DNA of 63,864 bases, the filler included, from Octopus bimaculoides (taxonomy: Eukaryota): assembly GCF_001194135.2 (NCBI RefSeq). It is 6 parts of 6 records of this genome, joined end to end, with 100 filler letters (N's around TTAATTAATTAA, not from the genome) between each part and the next. Parts side by side here need not be neighbours in the genome. Positions count along the whole stretch, not along the records: positions 19,513 to 50,917 come from NC_068987.1; 5 more parts are not named here. One strand, 5' to 3'. The first letter of the stretch is position 1; each line of letters starts with the position of its first letter. Below are positions 24,925-37,657 of this stretch, piece after piece. The notes beneath the pieces were generated by a model, which was not told the origin of the DNA, made no database searches, and saw only the letters and a list, made by a program, of their open reading frames with translations. A program made the translations under genes and the position numbers.

Positions 24925-26714
24925 CAGTTCTTTACTGTGCTGTTTTGTGTGTGTGTGTGTTGTTGAATTGGAGGAAATATTTTAGCTGTGTGTTCTGGGT
25001 GTCAGTACTTTCCTGCGAAATGAAAGTGTTCACCACAGTAAAAAAAAGATTGGCAATTCAATTAGTTCTCATCACAAGCAGAGAGAGAATTCATCTGAAA
25101 AATAACAACAACAATAATAATAATAATAATGATGATGATGATGATGATAAATGAAAATGAAATAGCATGTATGTATATGTATGTATGGATGTATGTATGT
25201 ATGTATGCATGTATGTATATATGCATATAAACATATATACATAATATATATACACAAATATATACATATATACACACAAAGATATATAGATATACATATA
25301 CATATTTCGCTTTTTTCTTTTTTTTTTTTTTTTGAGAACTACTAGGTCTTAGTAGACACAACATGTGAGCTATTTCTAGCATATTAAATGTCCACCCTAC
25401 TGGTCATCTTTCTATATATAAAAATATATATAAATATATATAGATAGATANNNNNNNNNNNNNNNNNNNNNNNNNNNNNNNNNNNNNNNNNNNNNNNNNN
25501 NNNNNNNNNNNNNNNNNNNNNNNNNNNNNNNNNNNNNNNNNNNNNNNNNNNNNNNNNNNNNNNNNNNNNNNNNNNNNNNNNNNNNNNNNNNNNNNNNNNN
25601 NNNNNNNNNNNNNNNNNNNNNNNNNNNNNNNNNNNNNNNNNNNNNNNNNNNNNNNNNNNNNNNNNNNNNNNNNNNNNNNNNNNNNNNNNNNNNNNNNNNN
25701 NNNNNNNNNNNNNNNNNNNNNNNNNNNNNNNNNNNNNNNNNNNNNNNNNNNNNNNNNNNNNNNNNNNNNNNNNNNNNNNNNNNNNNNNNNNNNNNNNNNN
25801 NNNNNNNNNNNNNNNNNNNNNNNNNNNNNNNNNNNNNNNNNNNNNNNNNNNNNNNNNNNNNNNNNNNNNNNNNNNNNNNNNNNNNNNNNNNNNNNNNNNN
25901 NNNNNNNNNNNNNNNNNNNNNNNNNNNNNTATATATTTAATCTATAAAAGCAGATGTTGTAAAATTGATAACAGGATAATCTTGTTTTGCAGATTAAAAG
26001 ATATAAATGGCTTACTTGATGAAAAAAAAAAACCGAATAAACAAACAAACAAATAATGGTGGGGGGGGGAGTGATGGTTGACAGAGAGAGGGAAGGAGGG
26101 AGGGGATGCAAAAAAAAAACCAACAGGAAAAAAAAAACGAAAAAAAAAACAAGAAAAAAACGTAGAATTCAAAAAAAAAACCCAAAAAAATAAACGAACC
26201 GAAACAAAACAAAATTATTGCAAAGAATCGAATAATCACAATAATATAGCCAACTTAATAATCTTACAATTTACTAAACAAGTCAGAAGATTAAAGAATT
26301 GAAATGACTTACTAATAATGTTATCAGATGAAAGAAAATATTGTAAATACCACAGAAGAATACTAATCAAATAAAAGAACTATTTCAACTTTTATTCTTT
26401 CTTCTTCTTCTTCTGTTTTTCTTCTTAGTAATTTTCGTTATTTCATTTCTATATTCACTACTATTCGTATCATTATTATTATTATTATTATTTTGTTGCT
26501 GTTGTTGTTTAACATATTGTTAGATTCGGCTTATGGAAGATTCTTCAAGAGTTCTTCTTGCCTCTTTTAGTTAAGTGATAACGATTTGCTAACCGAAAGT
26601 GTTAACATGGTGCTTTAAATACCGAATGAACAGCATGGAACGACGGCATACGTTACAGCATTTTCCAAGTGAACGAGTGAACGGTAATCTTTCCCTAAGG
26701 GTCAAGATGAAATT

Positions 26715-26916
26715 GTTTCTAATATTGGCACAAGGCCTGAAATTTTGGGGGACAGGGTTAATCAAGTACATTAGCACCAATACTTCACTGATATTTATTT
26801 CATCGAACCTGGAAGGGATTAAAGGCCAAGGTGACCTCATTGGAATTTGAACTCAAAATGTAAAGCAGACAAAATTTTGCCCTGCATGCTAATGATTCTG
26901 CCAGCTTACCACCTTA
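26715..26916 (-). mobile_element. SINE family B (diverged)
   Basis: ggcacaaggcctgaaattttgggg ... ggaatttgaactca ... ctaatgattctgccagc. Confidence 0.75.
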
Positions 26917-27066
26917 ATAGTAATAATGATGATGATGATGATATATATNNNNNNNNNNNNNNNNNNNNNNNNNNNNNNNNNNNNATATATATATATATAT
27001 ATATATATGTATATGTATATATATATGTATATATATATGTATATATATATATATGTATGTATATAC

Positions 27067-27171
27067 AATGGGCTCCTTTCAGTTTCCATCTACCCAAGGT
27101 GCCACGTAGTGGGACTGAACCCGGAACCGTGTGATTGGTAAGCAAGCTACTTACCACACAGCCACTCCTGA
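27067..27171 (-). mobile_element. SINE family A head, internally deleted
   Basis: cccaaggtgccacgtagtgggactgaacccggaacc...cttaccacacagccactcctg. Confidence 0.85.
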
Positions 27172-27175
27172 TACT

Positions 27176-27392
27176 TGTCAGGAGATCAGCTTGAGAGAAT
27201 TTGGTACCTGTCAGGAGATCAGCTTGAGAGAACTTGGTACCTGTCACGAGATCAGCTTGAGAGAATTTGGTACCTGTCAGGAGATCTGCTTGAGAGAACT
27301 TGGTACCTGTCAGATCAGCTTGAGAGAACTTGGTACCTATCAGATCAGCTTGAAAGAACTTGGTACCTGTAAGGAGATCAGCTTGGAAGAAC
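27176..27392. repeat. 33/30-bp minisatellite, 7 units
   Basis: Unit starts at 27176, 27209, 27242, 27275, 27308, 27338 and 27368 (tgtcaggagatcagcttgagagaacttggtacc). Confidence 0.95.
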
Positions 27393-27589
27393 ATTTAAAG
27401 TGAGATTTTAATTCATCTGAAATTTTTTCTATTGTTTTAATACTTTAAACCTAGATGTTACTATAAAGATATATTTTTTAGAATTGTAATCTCTGTATTT
27501 TATTTATGAATTCAAAAGAAAGATTCAATTTAAGTAGGAATCAAAAAGGTTAGACATGTCAAATTAGCACTACACTCCATTTTTAAGTC

Positions 27590-28005
27590 TCCTATGTTTT
27601 CAAAAATGGAGTTTACAATTTTGTCCAAAAAATGCTTCTCAAAAACTGAAGCCCAAATTTTTTCTTCAAATTCTTGTTTCCAAAACGGAGATTATGATTT
27701 TTGACCAAAAAGCAGCTTTTTGAAAATTTCGATTCACTCCCAAATTTTAATTTACTCGCCAAATTTTTTGTGGCATGTGTTTCAAATGTGTACCCACATT
27801 TTTTTGTCTCCAAAAATTTCTTCAGGTTCCTATGTTTCCAAAAATGAAGATTATGATTTTGCCCAAAAAAGCAGCTTTTACTCCAAACCCCAAATTTTTT
27901 GTGGCAAATTTATAAAAATATGCAGTGTACACATATTTTTCTCCAAAAAATTCCTTCAAGTTTTTGTTTTCAAGAATGAAGATTATGGTTTTGACTGAAA
28001 AGCAT
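27590..28005. repeat. Diverged direct repeats of about 140-155 bp (3 copies), AT-rich
   Basis: Motif gattatg(a/g)tttt(t)g...aaaagca recurs near 27690, 27848 and 27980. Confidence 0.65.
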
Positions 28006-30964
28006 CTTGATCTCTCTTGGCTTGACAGGTCTACACAAGCATGGTATAACGCCAAAGGTCTCAGTCACCTATCACTGCCTCTGTGAGGCCCAACACTCGA
28101 ATGGTGCTTTTTACATGCCACGGGCACAGGTGCCAATCAGACATCACTGGCATCAGCCACGACTATGATTTCACTTGGTCTGACAGATCTTCTCAAGCAC
28201 AGCATATCAACCAACATTTGAATATACGTATTTTCTATATATTTGTTTGTCATATACATTATTTACATGGAATTATGGGATGTCACTATCATCACTTCCG
28301 GTTTCTACTGCAACTTACTGTCATTTTTTTATGACACTTTACTTGCACAGTTTTACAATGATAAACTACATGTGAACTATTAAAATATTATGATGTTTAA
28401 ATAAAATGTGACATTGCTTATTTTCCTGTGACTTTCTTTCCATCTACCGTTATGTATCACACACCTTATTTCAGTGTCGTTAGCTACTATTGTTAAATAT
28501 AGACAAATGTCATCACAATCTAAAAGAAAATTCAAGCCACTAAAGCCATGTACATATAAACTATCTTCTTGGCCTTTAAAGAACATATTACATTCGTTTG
28601 TTTTTAAAAAGATAAGTAAACGTGTTATGCGAAACATAACATAGAGATAAAATATCAGCAGTTTGGAGTATAATTTCCACTGAGCTTAGTGGGAAAGGAA
28701 TTGGGTTGGGAATGCCATGTTTCCTAGCAAGGTGATGAGAATGTTTGATAAGAAGAACTTGGTGAATTAGTCCTATCAGAAGGATAGCAGATGGTAGCCA
28801 AAAATGAAGTAGGAATTAACTTTAAAAATAAATGAAAGCATGGGGAATAAATTTGTTTTAGAAACAAGTTTATAGAAGAAAGAATTGGAGAAAGAAATTA
28901 AGACAGCAGAAGGTAATGTGGAGAAGAACTTACTTGTGGAGTTTTTTTTTGTTTTTTTAAGGAAAGCTCTACACCAGGTAATTCAAGTGCATGACCCAGT
29001 TTTAGGTTCTTGTGCTTATTCCACTTTACTTTTATCACTATCGTTCTTTGATAAACATGGTACATCACATTTCTGCTGCCTTATTATGCTTTCTTCAAGT
29101 CAAATTGTTAATAGCCACCCCAGTGAGGCTTTCGTTAAACCAAATCTACTGAAGTCTTACTATTCTATGTCACTCACCAGAGAGATCTCTCACCCTAGGA
29201 GAAACTTGGAGAAAGTAGTGTGGTCCCACTTGTCATCCCTCAACAAACCTTTCAATTGTGCTTGACACATGAATCTCCAATCCAAAATGTCCACCTCCAG
29301 ACTCCATCTATCTCTAAACCCTTGGATCTATAACTTCCTGTTAGTTCCCACTCTCAAGGCTTGTGCCAATGGACCTCTCCCCTCCTGAACCCATGCTCTT
29401 TTGAATCCAGAACAGAGAAAGTCATCAGAAAAAATGTCACTGGAAAAAATTCATTGAAAAAGAAATTTACTGGAAAAAATTTACTCGAAAAAAGTGTTTC
29501 ATAACTTGATGAAAGAGCTGCAAGACTATGGTAAAGTTTCTTCATGGCATCAGCTGGAATGTTCTTCTTAATCACCAACATTAAAAATTCTGAATGTACA
29601 CGTAATGCCATAATACTATGTAAAATGTTTTCAGTCTGTACGTGTTATGCATTGTCAATAAATGACGGACTCTTTGTTTCATTGTCTTACTTTGCTTAAG
29701 AAATTGAATAAAAGCTTGTTTTTTTTTTCTCTCATTTGTGTAATGCCATCATTATATAAATCGTGTATAACTTATATTGTTGTTGATAATATAATTGTTA
29801 ATAACAAATTTTAAATATTTTTGTTTAATTGCTCTGAGTGTTTATAGCATTTAGATAAAATTTTAATTATTTTCCAATGATTTTTTTTTCCTGGACACCA
29901 CTCTCAATCTTTCAACTCTGGCATGCATCAGGGGGTGGTTCTGTATCTAACTCTCTTCCTTATCCATCAACAACTGTTTTTATCACAACTACTATTACCT
30001 CTGCTCTTTGTAACTAGCTGGTCTTGTGTACCTTCAGGAACTCTTGACTTACTTATCTCTTCTCCTCTCCTTAACCAAATTATGTCCAATGCCCCAAGCC
30101 CAGTACTAACTAATACACCTACTCTTTCTTCTCCAGAACATCAGTTCTTTGGAATTCATAATCTATTCACACAGGGCTGTCGTAGCAGCATCACAGGCCC
30201 CTGGGTAAATCAATGCATTGGTCTCCCAAGTCTTTATTTTTAGTCAGCAAACCACAATATTCATAGATCAGAATTGCACCCACAGACCTGTGAGGCAACT
30301 GGGAAACTGCACATTGCATCTATGCTTTGAGACAATGCTGTATACATACCGTTTCTGCAGTCATCGACTTACAACAGAGCATTAAAAGAATCAATCAGTC
30401 TCAGAGTTTGCAAAGATTACGGCTTCTGACATGTTTTTTTTTTTTAATTTATCCATTGAAAATAAATTTATGTTAGTTTCTGAATATTCATTAAAATGCT
30501 TTGCAAGGTCTATAATTTCAGGTTTTATTTCGAAAATATTATGGAGTAAAAAATAATAGTAATTATGTTAATTTGATTCTAATTTATTTAGAATTGAAAT
30601 TTCTACTATAAATCTTTTGATATTTATACCTATTTATATGTATTTTTTGTTTATCACTTTTATTTAATGCTTTTTAGTGCCTTTTAGTGCTTTTTAAAAT
30701 TCTATATTGGCAACCCTGCCATGCGTATAACAATCATTGAGACATGAAATTAAATTCGTGAATCTCTTCTTGATTTCTCAACATATTCTTCCACATTTTC
30801 TTGTGATGATACACATTGTCATCTCAGTTGCTTCTTGAATAGCATCCATCACCCTCTCTTTGACTTCTTGGTGAGCATTCATTGCTCTTCTCAGAGGCAT
30901 AGCCAGGTTCTAAAGTCAGTAGGAGTGAGCACATAGAAAAAGAAAAGCACCATGACACCTACCA

Positions 30965-31700
30965 AGTGTAGCCAGCCCACTTATGCGTACCTTTCCTTCA
31001 TTGGACACAAAACTCCGCTTGCGAAGACCTGTTGAGGCAAGTGAAATCGGAATTGAAATCAAACTAAATTCGACGACTGGCACCCATGCCAACGTCGTCT
31101 CCTTCATTGGACACAAAACTCCACTTGCGAAGACCTGTTGAGGCAAGTGAAATCGGAATTGAAATCAAACTAAATTCGACGACTGGCACCCATGCCNNNN
31201 NNNNNNNNNNNNNNNNNNNNNNNNNNNNNNNNNNNNNNNNNNNNNNNNNNNNNNNNNNNNNNNNNNNNNNNNNNNNNNNNNNNNNNNNNNNNNNNNNNNN
31301 NNNNNNNNNNNNNNNNNNNNNNNNNNNNNNNNNNNNNNNNNNNNNNNNNNAGTGTAGCCAGCCCACTTATGCGTACCTTTCCTTCATTGGACACAAAACT
31401 CCGCTTGCGAAGACCTGTTGAGGCAAGTGAAATCGGAATTGAAATCAAACTAAATTCGACGACTGGCACCCATGCCAACGTCGTCTCCTTCATTGGACAC
31501 GAAACTCGGCTTGCGAAGACCTGTTGGGGCAAGCAAAAGCGAAATCGTGATGACACCTGTGCCCAGCGATGCCTTCCTGGCACTTGTGCCGGTGGCATGT
31601 GTAAGGACATTCGAGCGAGATCGTGCGTGCAGGTGGCACATAAAATACACCATTTTGAGCGTGGCCGTTGCCAGTACCACCTGACTGGCCTTCGTGCTAT
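30965..31700. repeat. Interspersed repeat with 106-bp tandem subunit, duplicated across a gap
   Basis: ccttcattggacac starts at 30995, 31101, 31381 and 31487; 30965-31100 is repeated at 31351-31486. Confidence 0.85.
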
Positions 31701-31825
31701 ATATATAGCAGAAGACACATGCCCAAGGTGACACACAGTGGAACTGAACCTGAAACCATGTGGTTGGGTAGCAAGCTTCTTGACACATAGCCATGCCTGA
31801 GCCTATGATATTTTTTATATTAAAA

Positions 31826-32040
31826 AAGCGATTAGCCGGCAGAAACATTAGCATACCAGGCAAAATGCTTAGCAGTATTTGTCTGTCTTTACGTTCTGAG
31901 TTCAAATTCCACCAAGGTCGACTTTGCCTTTCATCCTTTCAGGGTCGATAAATTCAGTACCAGTTGTGTATTGGGGTTGATCTAATTGACTGGCCCCCTC
32001 CTCAAAAATTTTGAGCCTTGTGCCTAGAGTAGAAAAGAAC
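31826..32040 (+). mobile_element. SINE family B
   Basis: caaaatgcttagcagtatttgtctgtctttacgttctgagttcaaattcc...gtgcctagagtagaaaag. Confidence 0.85.
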
Positions 32041-32046
32041 TCTCTC

Positions 32047-32337
32047 TTTTACTCTTTTACCTGTTTCGGAGACATAAACACACTACCCTCAGTTGTCAAG
32101 CGATGTTGGGGGGACAAACACAGACACACAAACATATACACACACACACACATATATATATATACATATATACGACGGGCTTCTTTCAGTTTCCGTCTAC
32201 CAAATCCACTCACAAGGCTTTGGTCGACCCGAGGCTATAGTAGAAGACACTTGCCTAAGGTGCTACGCAGTGGGACTGAACCCGGAACCATGTGGTCGGT
32301 AAGCAAGCTACTTACCACACAGCCACTCCTACGCCTA
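32047..32337 (-). mobile_element. SINE family A with internal deletion
   Basis: Tail ttttactcttttac and head cttaccacacagccactcct. Confidence 0.85.
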
Positions 32338-33003
32338 TATAACGTTATATATATATATATAACGTTTATATATTGAAATAAAATATATTTCCACTCCACC
32401 ATTTTCGCAAACATACTGCACTCAAAAAAGTATGCAGCCCAAAAACCAAAACCCCACAGCCAAAAAAAAACTGAGAAAGGATTTGAATTTTTCCAAACAT
32501 GTTTTTACACACACGATAGTAAAATCATGATGTTAGCAGACAGAGAAAACTCAAAAAATTTCAAATTGTGGAAATGAACTCATTAAATAATGTTTTAGTC
32601 AAACCTAGAGGATAAATGCAAGTATTTCTAAAAATACATCAGGAAAGTATCTTCAAGCGAAAAAAAAAAATCTAAGAGACTGAACAATAAGCATAGTTCA
32701 ATGAAAAATAATTTAGAATAATGTGTAGACTTAATTGAATAAATACAAAAAACGCTTTCAGATGTATATATATAATTCTTCTTTCTGCAATAGCATGAGA
32801 CCTGAAATTTTGGTGTTGAGGTTAAGTCGAATACTGTAAACTCCAGTGTTCAACTGGCGTTTATTTATGGACACCAAATGGTTGAAAAGCAAAGTTGATC
32901 TCAGGGAGATTTGAACTGGGAACATAAAGTGGATGGAATGTCACTAAGCATTTCATCCAGTGTAGTAATAATTCAACTGGTTTGTGGCCTTTTTGATGAA
33001 TGT

Positions 33004-33472
33004 AGGAGTGGCTGTGTGGTAAGTAGCTTACTTGCCCAAGGTGCTAAGCAGTGGGACTGAACCCAGAACCATGTGGTTCGTAAGTAAGCTACTTACCACA
33101 CAGCCGAACATGGTTTCGGGTTCAGTCCCACTGCGTAGCACCTTGGGCAAGTGTCTTCTACTATAGCCTCGGGCCGACCAAAGCCTTGTGAGTGGATTTG
33201 GTTGACGGAAACTGAAAGAAGCCTGTCGTATATATGTGTGTATATGTGTATGTGTGTGTGTGTGTGTGTGTGTGTTTGTCTCCCCAACATCGCTTGACAA
33301 CCGATGCTGGTATATTTACGTCCCCGTAACTTAGTGGTTCGCCAAAAGTGACTGATAGAATAAGTACTAGGCTTGCAAAGAATAAGTCCTGGGGTTGATT
33401 TGCTCGACTAAAGGCGGTGCTCCAGCATGGCCGCAGTCAAATGACTGAAACAAGTAAAAGAATAAAAAGAAT
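33004..33472 (+). mobile_element. SINE family A, full length, with an inverted duplication in the head
   Basis: A-box tggctgtgtgg, B-box gggttcagtccc, internal (TG)n and tail gactgaaacaagtaaaagaataaaa; 33031-33105 is an inverted head segment. Confidence 0.9.
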
Positions 33473-34325
33473 ACCACCAGAGAAGTGTAAGGAAAAACAT
33501 GCTTATGTTGGGATGGTCATGGTTGGAGTGAGAGGTAGCGGAAAGCGTCTGTTCTTAAACATTAATGACTAAACGATTGTTGTTTAGCATTTCTTTATAT
33601 TTATTATTTCATGCGTCTATATGACAGAATTGAACTTTGGGCGAACATACAGTTTACCATCGTACAAAAGTGAAAGGAAATTCTACAAAAAAATGAAAGT
33701 AAATTGTGATAGAAACTGAAAGTGAGGACAGTGACATACTAAAATTTCACAAAAAGAATGTAAAGAACTCCCTTATTACGCCACATTCACAGACACATGT
33801 ATAGTACAGTCTAATGATAGGTAAAGTATTTCAGAAATAGGGGTGAAAGAGGTATAGGAAAATGCTGCTTGATTGAGGCCCTCTATAGCTTGCACGAAAT
33901 ACTTTGAGTTCATCATAAGACATTGGATATTGTTAAGAAAATGGTGGATATATGATGGGTGGGCTTTATATGTAGGGTCTTGGCAACCTCTCTACTCATA
34001 AAGTTGTCAGCCATGCAATGAAATTATGGGATGTTGCTGTCGTCTCTTCCAGTTTTTATCACAATTTACTCTCATTTTTTTTTTTTTTAATGACAATTTA
34101 CTTTCGCTTTTCTGCAATTATAGTCCAGCATATTAACCGGGATTTGAACTCAGAATGCGAGGAGACGTCACAAATAACAGAAAGCATCCGGTCCAGCTTA
34201 GTCAACCATGCAATGAAATTATGGGACGACATCGTCGTCTCTTCCGGTTTGTGTCGTAAAGACTATATTGTATAGGGTTTACCACATGTGTGTATATGGT
34301 TTGCTTGTATAGTTAGTGTTAGTAA

Positions 34326-34529
34326 TGCGGCGAGCCGGCTAAACCGTCAAAGCACGCTGGACAAAATGCTTAGAGAGCAATTCGTCCGTCTTTACGTTCT
34401 GGGATCAAATTCCACCGATGTCATCCTTTCGGGGGTCGATAAAATAAGTACAAATTGAGCACTGTTGTCGATGTTATCAACTAGAATCTACCCCCGAAAT
34501 TTTTGGCCTTGTGCCAAAATTTGAAACCA
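34326..34529 (+). mobile_element. SINE family B (diverged)
   Basis: gcggcgagcc...aaaatgcttag...gtgccaaaatttgaaacc. Confidence 0.75.
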
Positions 34530-35127
34530 CTATAGTGAGTGTTTGTGTGTGGAAATGTGAAGTGATTATGCGCGTGAAGTTGAGGGCGTATTAAAAATTG
34601 TGTGAGCGAACGTGTGTATAAACGTTCATACACTCATTCCCCCTACACTCACACACATGTCTGTTATACACACATTTGATTCTTGCCTGTCAAAGAAATA
34701 GCCAGCGTGGGAGTAAGATGTAATTGTTAACACCTCCGTCGTTATTATACAAGCACATAAACCGAATTATAGAAACACACATATATATATATAGATGGAT
34801 AGATAGATACATTTATGTGAGTGTGTGTGTGGATACGTATTAAGTATACTAATTCTATTTCAAATCTTTTTGTCTATCTCTCTGTTTCAATGAATGAATG
34901 CCTGCTTGTCTTTCTTTCTCATGTTCTCTTTTCTTTCTCCCTTTCTCCGTCTTTCCATCTCAGACTGTCTCCTATTATAACCTTAACCAATTTTCTCTCT
35001 CTCTCTTTTCAACATTACTAGAAATATAGTACAATGTAGTACAATATCAAAATGTAATATGTGTATATATATATAAGGTTTTTATTTTAAATATATATGA
35101 ATTTAAATAAAAAAAATTCGTCTCTCT

Positions 35128-35319
35128 CTCTTTTACTTGTTTCAGTCATTTGACTGCGGCCATGCTGGAGCACCGCCTTTAGTTGAGCAAATCGACCCCA
35201 GGACTTATTCTTTGTAAGCCTAGTACTTATTTTATCGGTCTCTTGCCGAACCGCTAAGTTACGGAGACGTAAACACACCAGCATCGCTTGTCAAGCGATG
35301 TTGGACGACAAACACAGAT

Positions 35320-35354
<35 letters not shown>

Positions 35355-35524
35355 CTTATATACGACGGGCTTCTTTCAGTTTCCATCTACCAAATCCACT
35401 CACAAGGCTTTGGTCGGCCCGAGGCTATAGTAGAAGACACTTGCACAAGGTGCCACGCAGTGGGACTGAACCCGGAACCATGTGGTTGGTAAGCAAGCTT
35501 CTTACCACAGTTACTCCTGCGCCT
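35128..35524 (-). mobile_element. SINE family A, full length
   Basis: Colinear with the 33004 and 42371 copies. Confidence 0.9.
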
Positions 35525-36283
35525 CGAAATAAAGATCAATCTGTTCAAATAATGATTATTAAATATATAAGGATACAGTTTTTGTCTTGTAACTCGTCTT
35601 TTCTGAGTCTCGGTTGTTTTATATCTCGTTTCCTTTTGGTCAGTTTCTCTCTTTCTCTCCCTCACACACACATGTGTATGTGTGTGTTTATGTTTGTGTA
35701 TGAAGTGAGATCGATAGCTGTGTTGTGTATATGTATGTACACACTGCATACATACACACACACATATATGCGTATGCATATATATATATATACATATATA
35801 TATGTGTGTTTGTAAAGTTAAGATCCACGGATCAAAGTGTAGGAAGATAGTAAGCTTCGAGTGGTTGGTAAATGGTATAAAAGAACAACTTTCAGGAATA
35901 ACAGTGGTTTATTGACGTAGAATGTTGTAAATTTTTCCTGTATCGAACTTCGATAAGCTGAAAAAAATTGTTTTATAGCTTATGTGTATGTATGTATGTA
36001 TGTATGTAGTCAATTCAAACATGAACAAGCAAGAAAAAACACGAAAAAAACAACAACGTGAGGACGTGGAATAAGTACAGTGTTATGTATGTTTGTATGT
36101 ATGTATGTATGTATGTATGCATGCGTGCGTGCATGCGTGTGTGTATGTAAAAATGCCTCCCCGGTGGGTAATCGTCTCTCGGTTTACCGTTTGACAGGCG
36201 GGAGTATTTACAACTATTCCACCAAGGAACAGCTATATAGAAATGCCTCCCCAGTATTATGTGTGTGTGTGTATCTATCAATT

Positions 36284-36315
<32 letters not shown>

Positions 36316-36354
36316 TGTGTGTGTGTGTGTATTATATACTTAAAACGCTTTTTA

Positions 36355-36531
36355 GTTTTGGCCGGTCAGAGAGTGACCACTGGTTTCGCACCTTCAAAGT
36401 TCTTAGCGGTATAGGTGACATGGATGAGTCGTTAGACTTGTTGCCTCCGGCCAACGAGTATCGCGAGTCACCCATACCGCTAAGAACTTTGAAGGTGCAA
36501 AACCAATGGTCATTCCTTGACCAGCCATAAC
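36355..36531. mobile_element. Small hairpin MITE-like element (about 65-bp arms, 47-nt spacer)
   Basis: 36388-36412 is the perfect reverse complement of 36474-36498; imperfect pairing extends to both ends. Confidence 0.8.
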
Positions 36532-36673
36532 AAACAAGCTTGTAAGTATTACTACCCTAAAGCTTTTTTTTTAGAGTCTGCTTTTCCACGGAATTATAAA
36601 CTACTGACCGATGATGGTGCTCTAGCATGGCCGCAGCTGCACGGCTGAAACGAATTAGAGAAAAAAATTATAT

Positions 36674-37018
36674 GAGTGGTTGTGTGGTAAGTAGCTTGCT
36701 TCCCAACCACATGGTTCCGGGTTCAGTCCCACTGCATGCCACCTTGGGCAAGTGTCTTCTACTATAACCTCGGCCAGATCAAACCTTATGAGTGGATTTG
36801 GTAGACGAAAACTGAAAGAAGCCCGTCGTGTGTGTGTGTGTGTGTGTGTGTGTGTCTGTCCTCCCACCCTCGCTTGACAACTGATGGTGTGTTTACGTCA
36901 CCACACACTAGCGGTTCGGCAAAAAAGTCCGATAGAATAAGTACTAGGCTTACAACGAATAAGTCTTGGGGTCTATTTGTTCGACTAAAGGTAGGGCTCC
37001 AGCATGGCCACAGTCAAA
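36674..37018 (+). mobile_element. SINE family A
   Basis: gagtggttgtgtggtaagtagcttgc...ccgggttcagtcccactg...ctccagcatggccacagtcaaa. Confidence 0.88.
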
Positions 37019-37358
37019 TAAATATGCATATATACATACGTATATGTACATACTTACATGTATACGTATATACATATGCATATGTTGGCAAAGGACGTCA
37101 CAAAACGATAAACAACTTATAAATATATATACTTTATTTAAAAGCAGCAGAAATTACTCTACCTCTGGTATTTGAGTACTCTTTTTTCTACCTTGTTGCA
37201 TATTTTATGTGCTTACTCCGGTACAAATATATATATGTATGTATGTATGTATGTATAGTTAATCCCAAAAGAACGAAGAAAAAACACAAGAAAACAAACA
37301 ACACGAGGATGCGGTACATGCAAAGTTTTAGCAGACGCTCATGGTAGAAAGGAAGGTA

Positions 37359-37393
37359 GTTTTACGTTTCGAGCAAAGCTCTTCGTCAGAAAC
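37359..37393 (-). ncRNA. Minimal type-I hammerhead ribozyme motif (PLE/retrozyme-like)
   Basis: Minus strand GTTT CTGACGA A GAGC TTT GCTC GAAAC GTA AAAC: stem I GTTT/AAAC, core CUGANGA with one extra nt, stem II GAGC/GCTC, and GAAAC-GUA with no helix-III loop. Confidence 0.7.
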
Positions 37394-37444
37394 AGGAGAG
37401 GAAGAAAAAAAATCGCCAACGATCCACATTTGGTTACATTTTGA

Positions 37445-37481
<37 letters not shown>

Positions 37482-37657
37482 NNNNNNNNNNNNNNNNNNN
37501 NNNNNNNNNNNNNNNNNNNNNNNNNNNNNNNNNNNNNNNNNNNNNNNNNNNNNNNNNNNNNNNNNNNNNNNNNNNNNNNNNNNNNNNNNNNNNNNNNNNN
37601 NNNNNNNNNNNNNNNNNNNNNNNNNNNNNNNNNNNNNNNNNNNNNNNNNNNNNNNNN

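Noticed and set aside
27176-27392. CRISPR-like appearance of the regular repeats (also 30995-31500 and 6951-7018)
   Set aside because: The units are contiguous with no unique spacers, there are no cas genes, and the context is eukaryotic.
30790-30915. Minus-strand acceptor with a short open frame (NLAMPLRRAMNAHQEVKER)
   Set aside because: Short, unrecognised peptide; it cannot be linked to other exons.
30965-31486. Near-identical block on both sides of the 31197-31350 gap as a recent duplication
   Set aside because: It may be redundant contig ends around an unresolved tandem repeat; copy number cannot be trusted without long reads.
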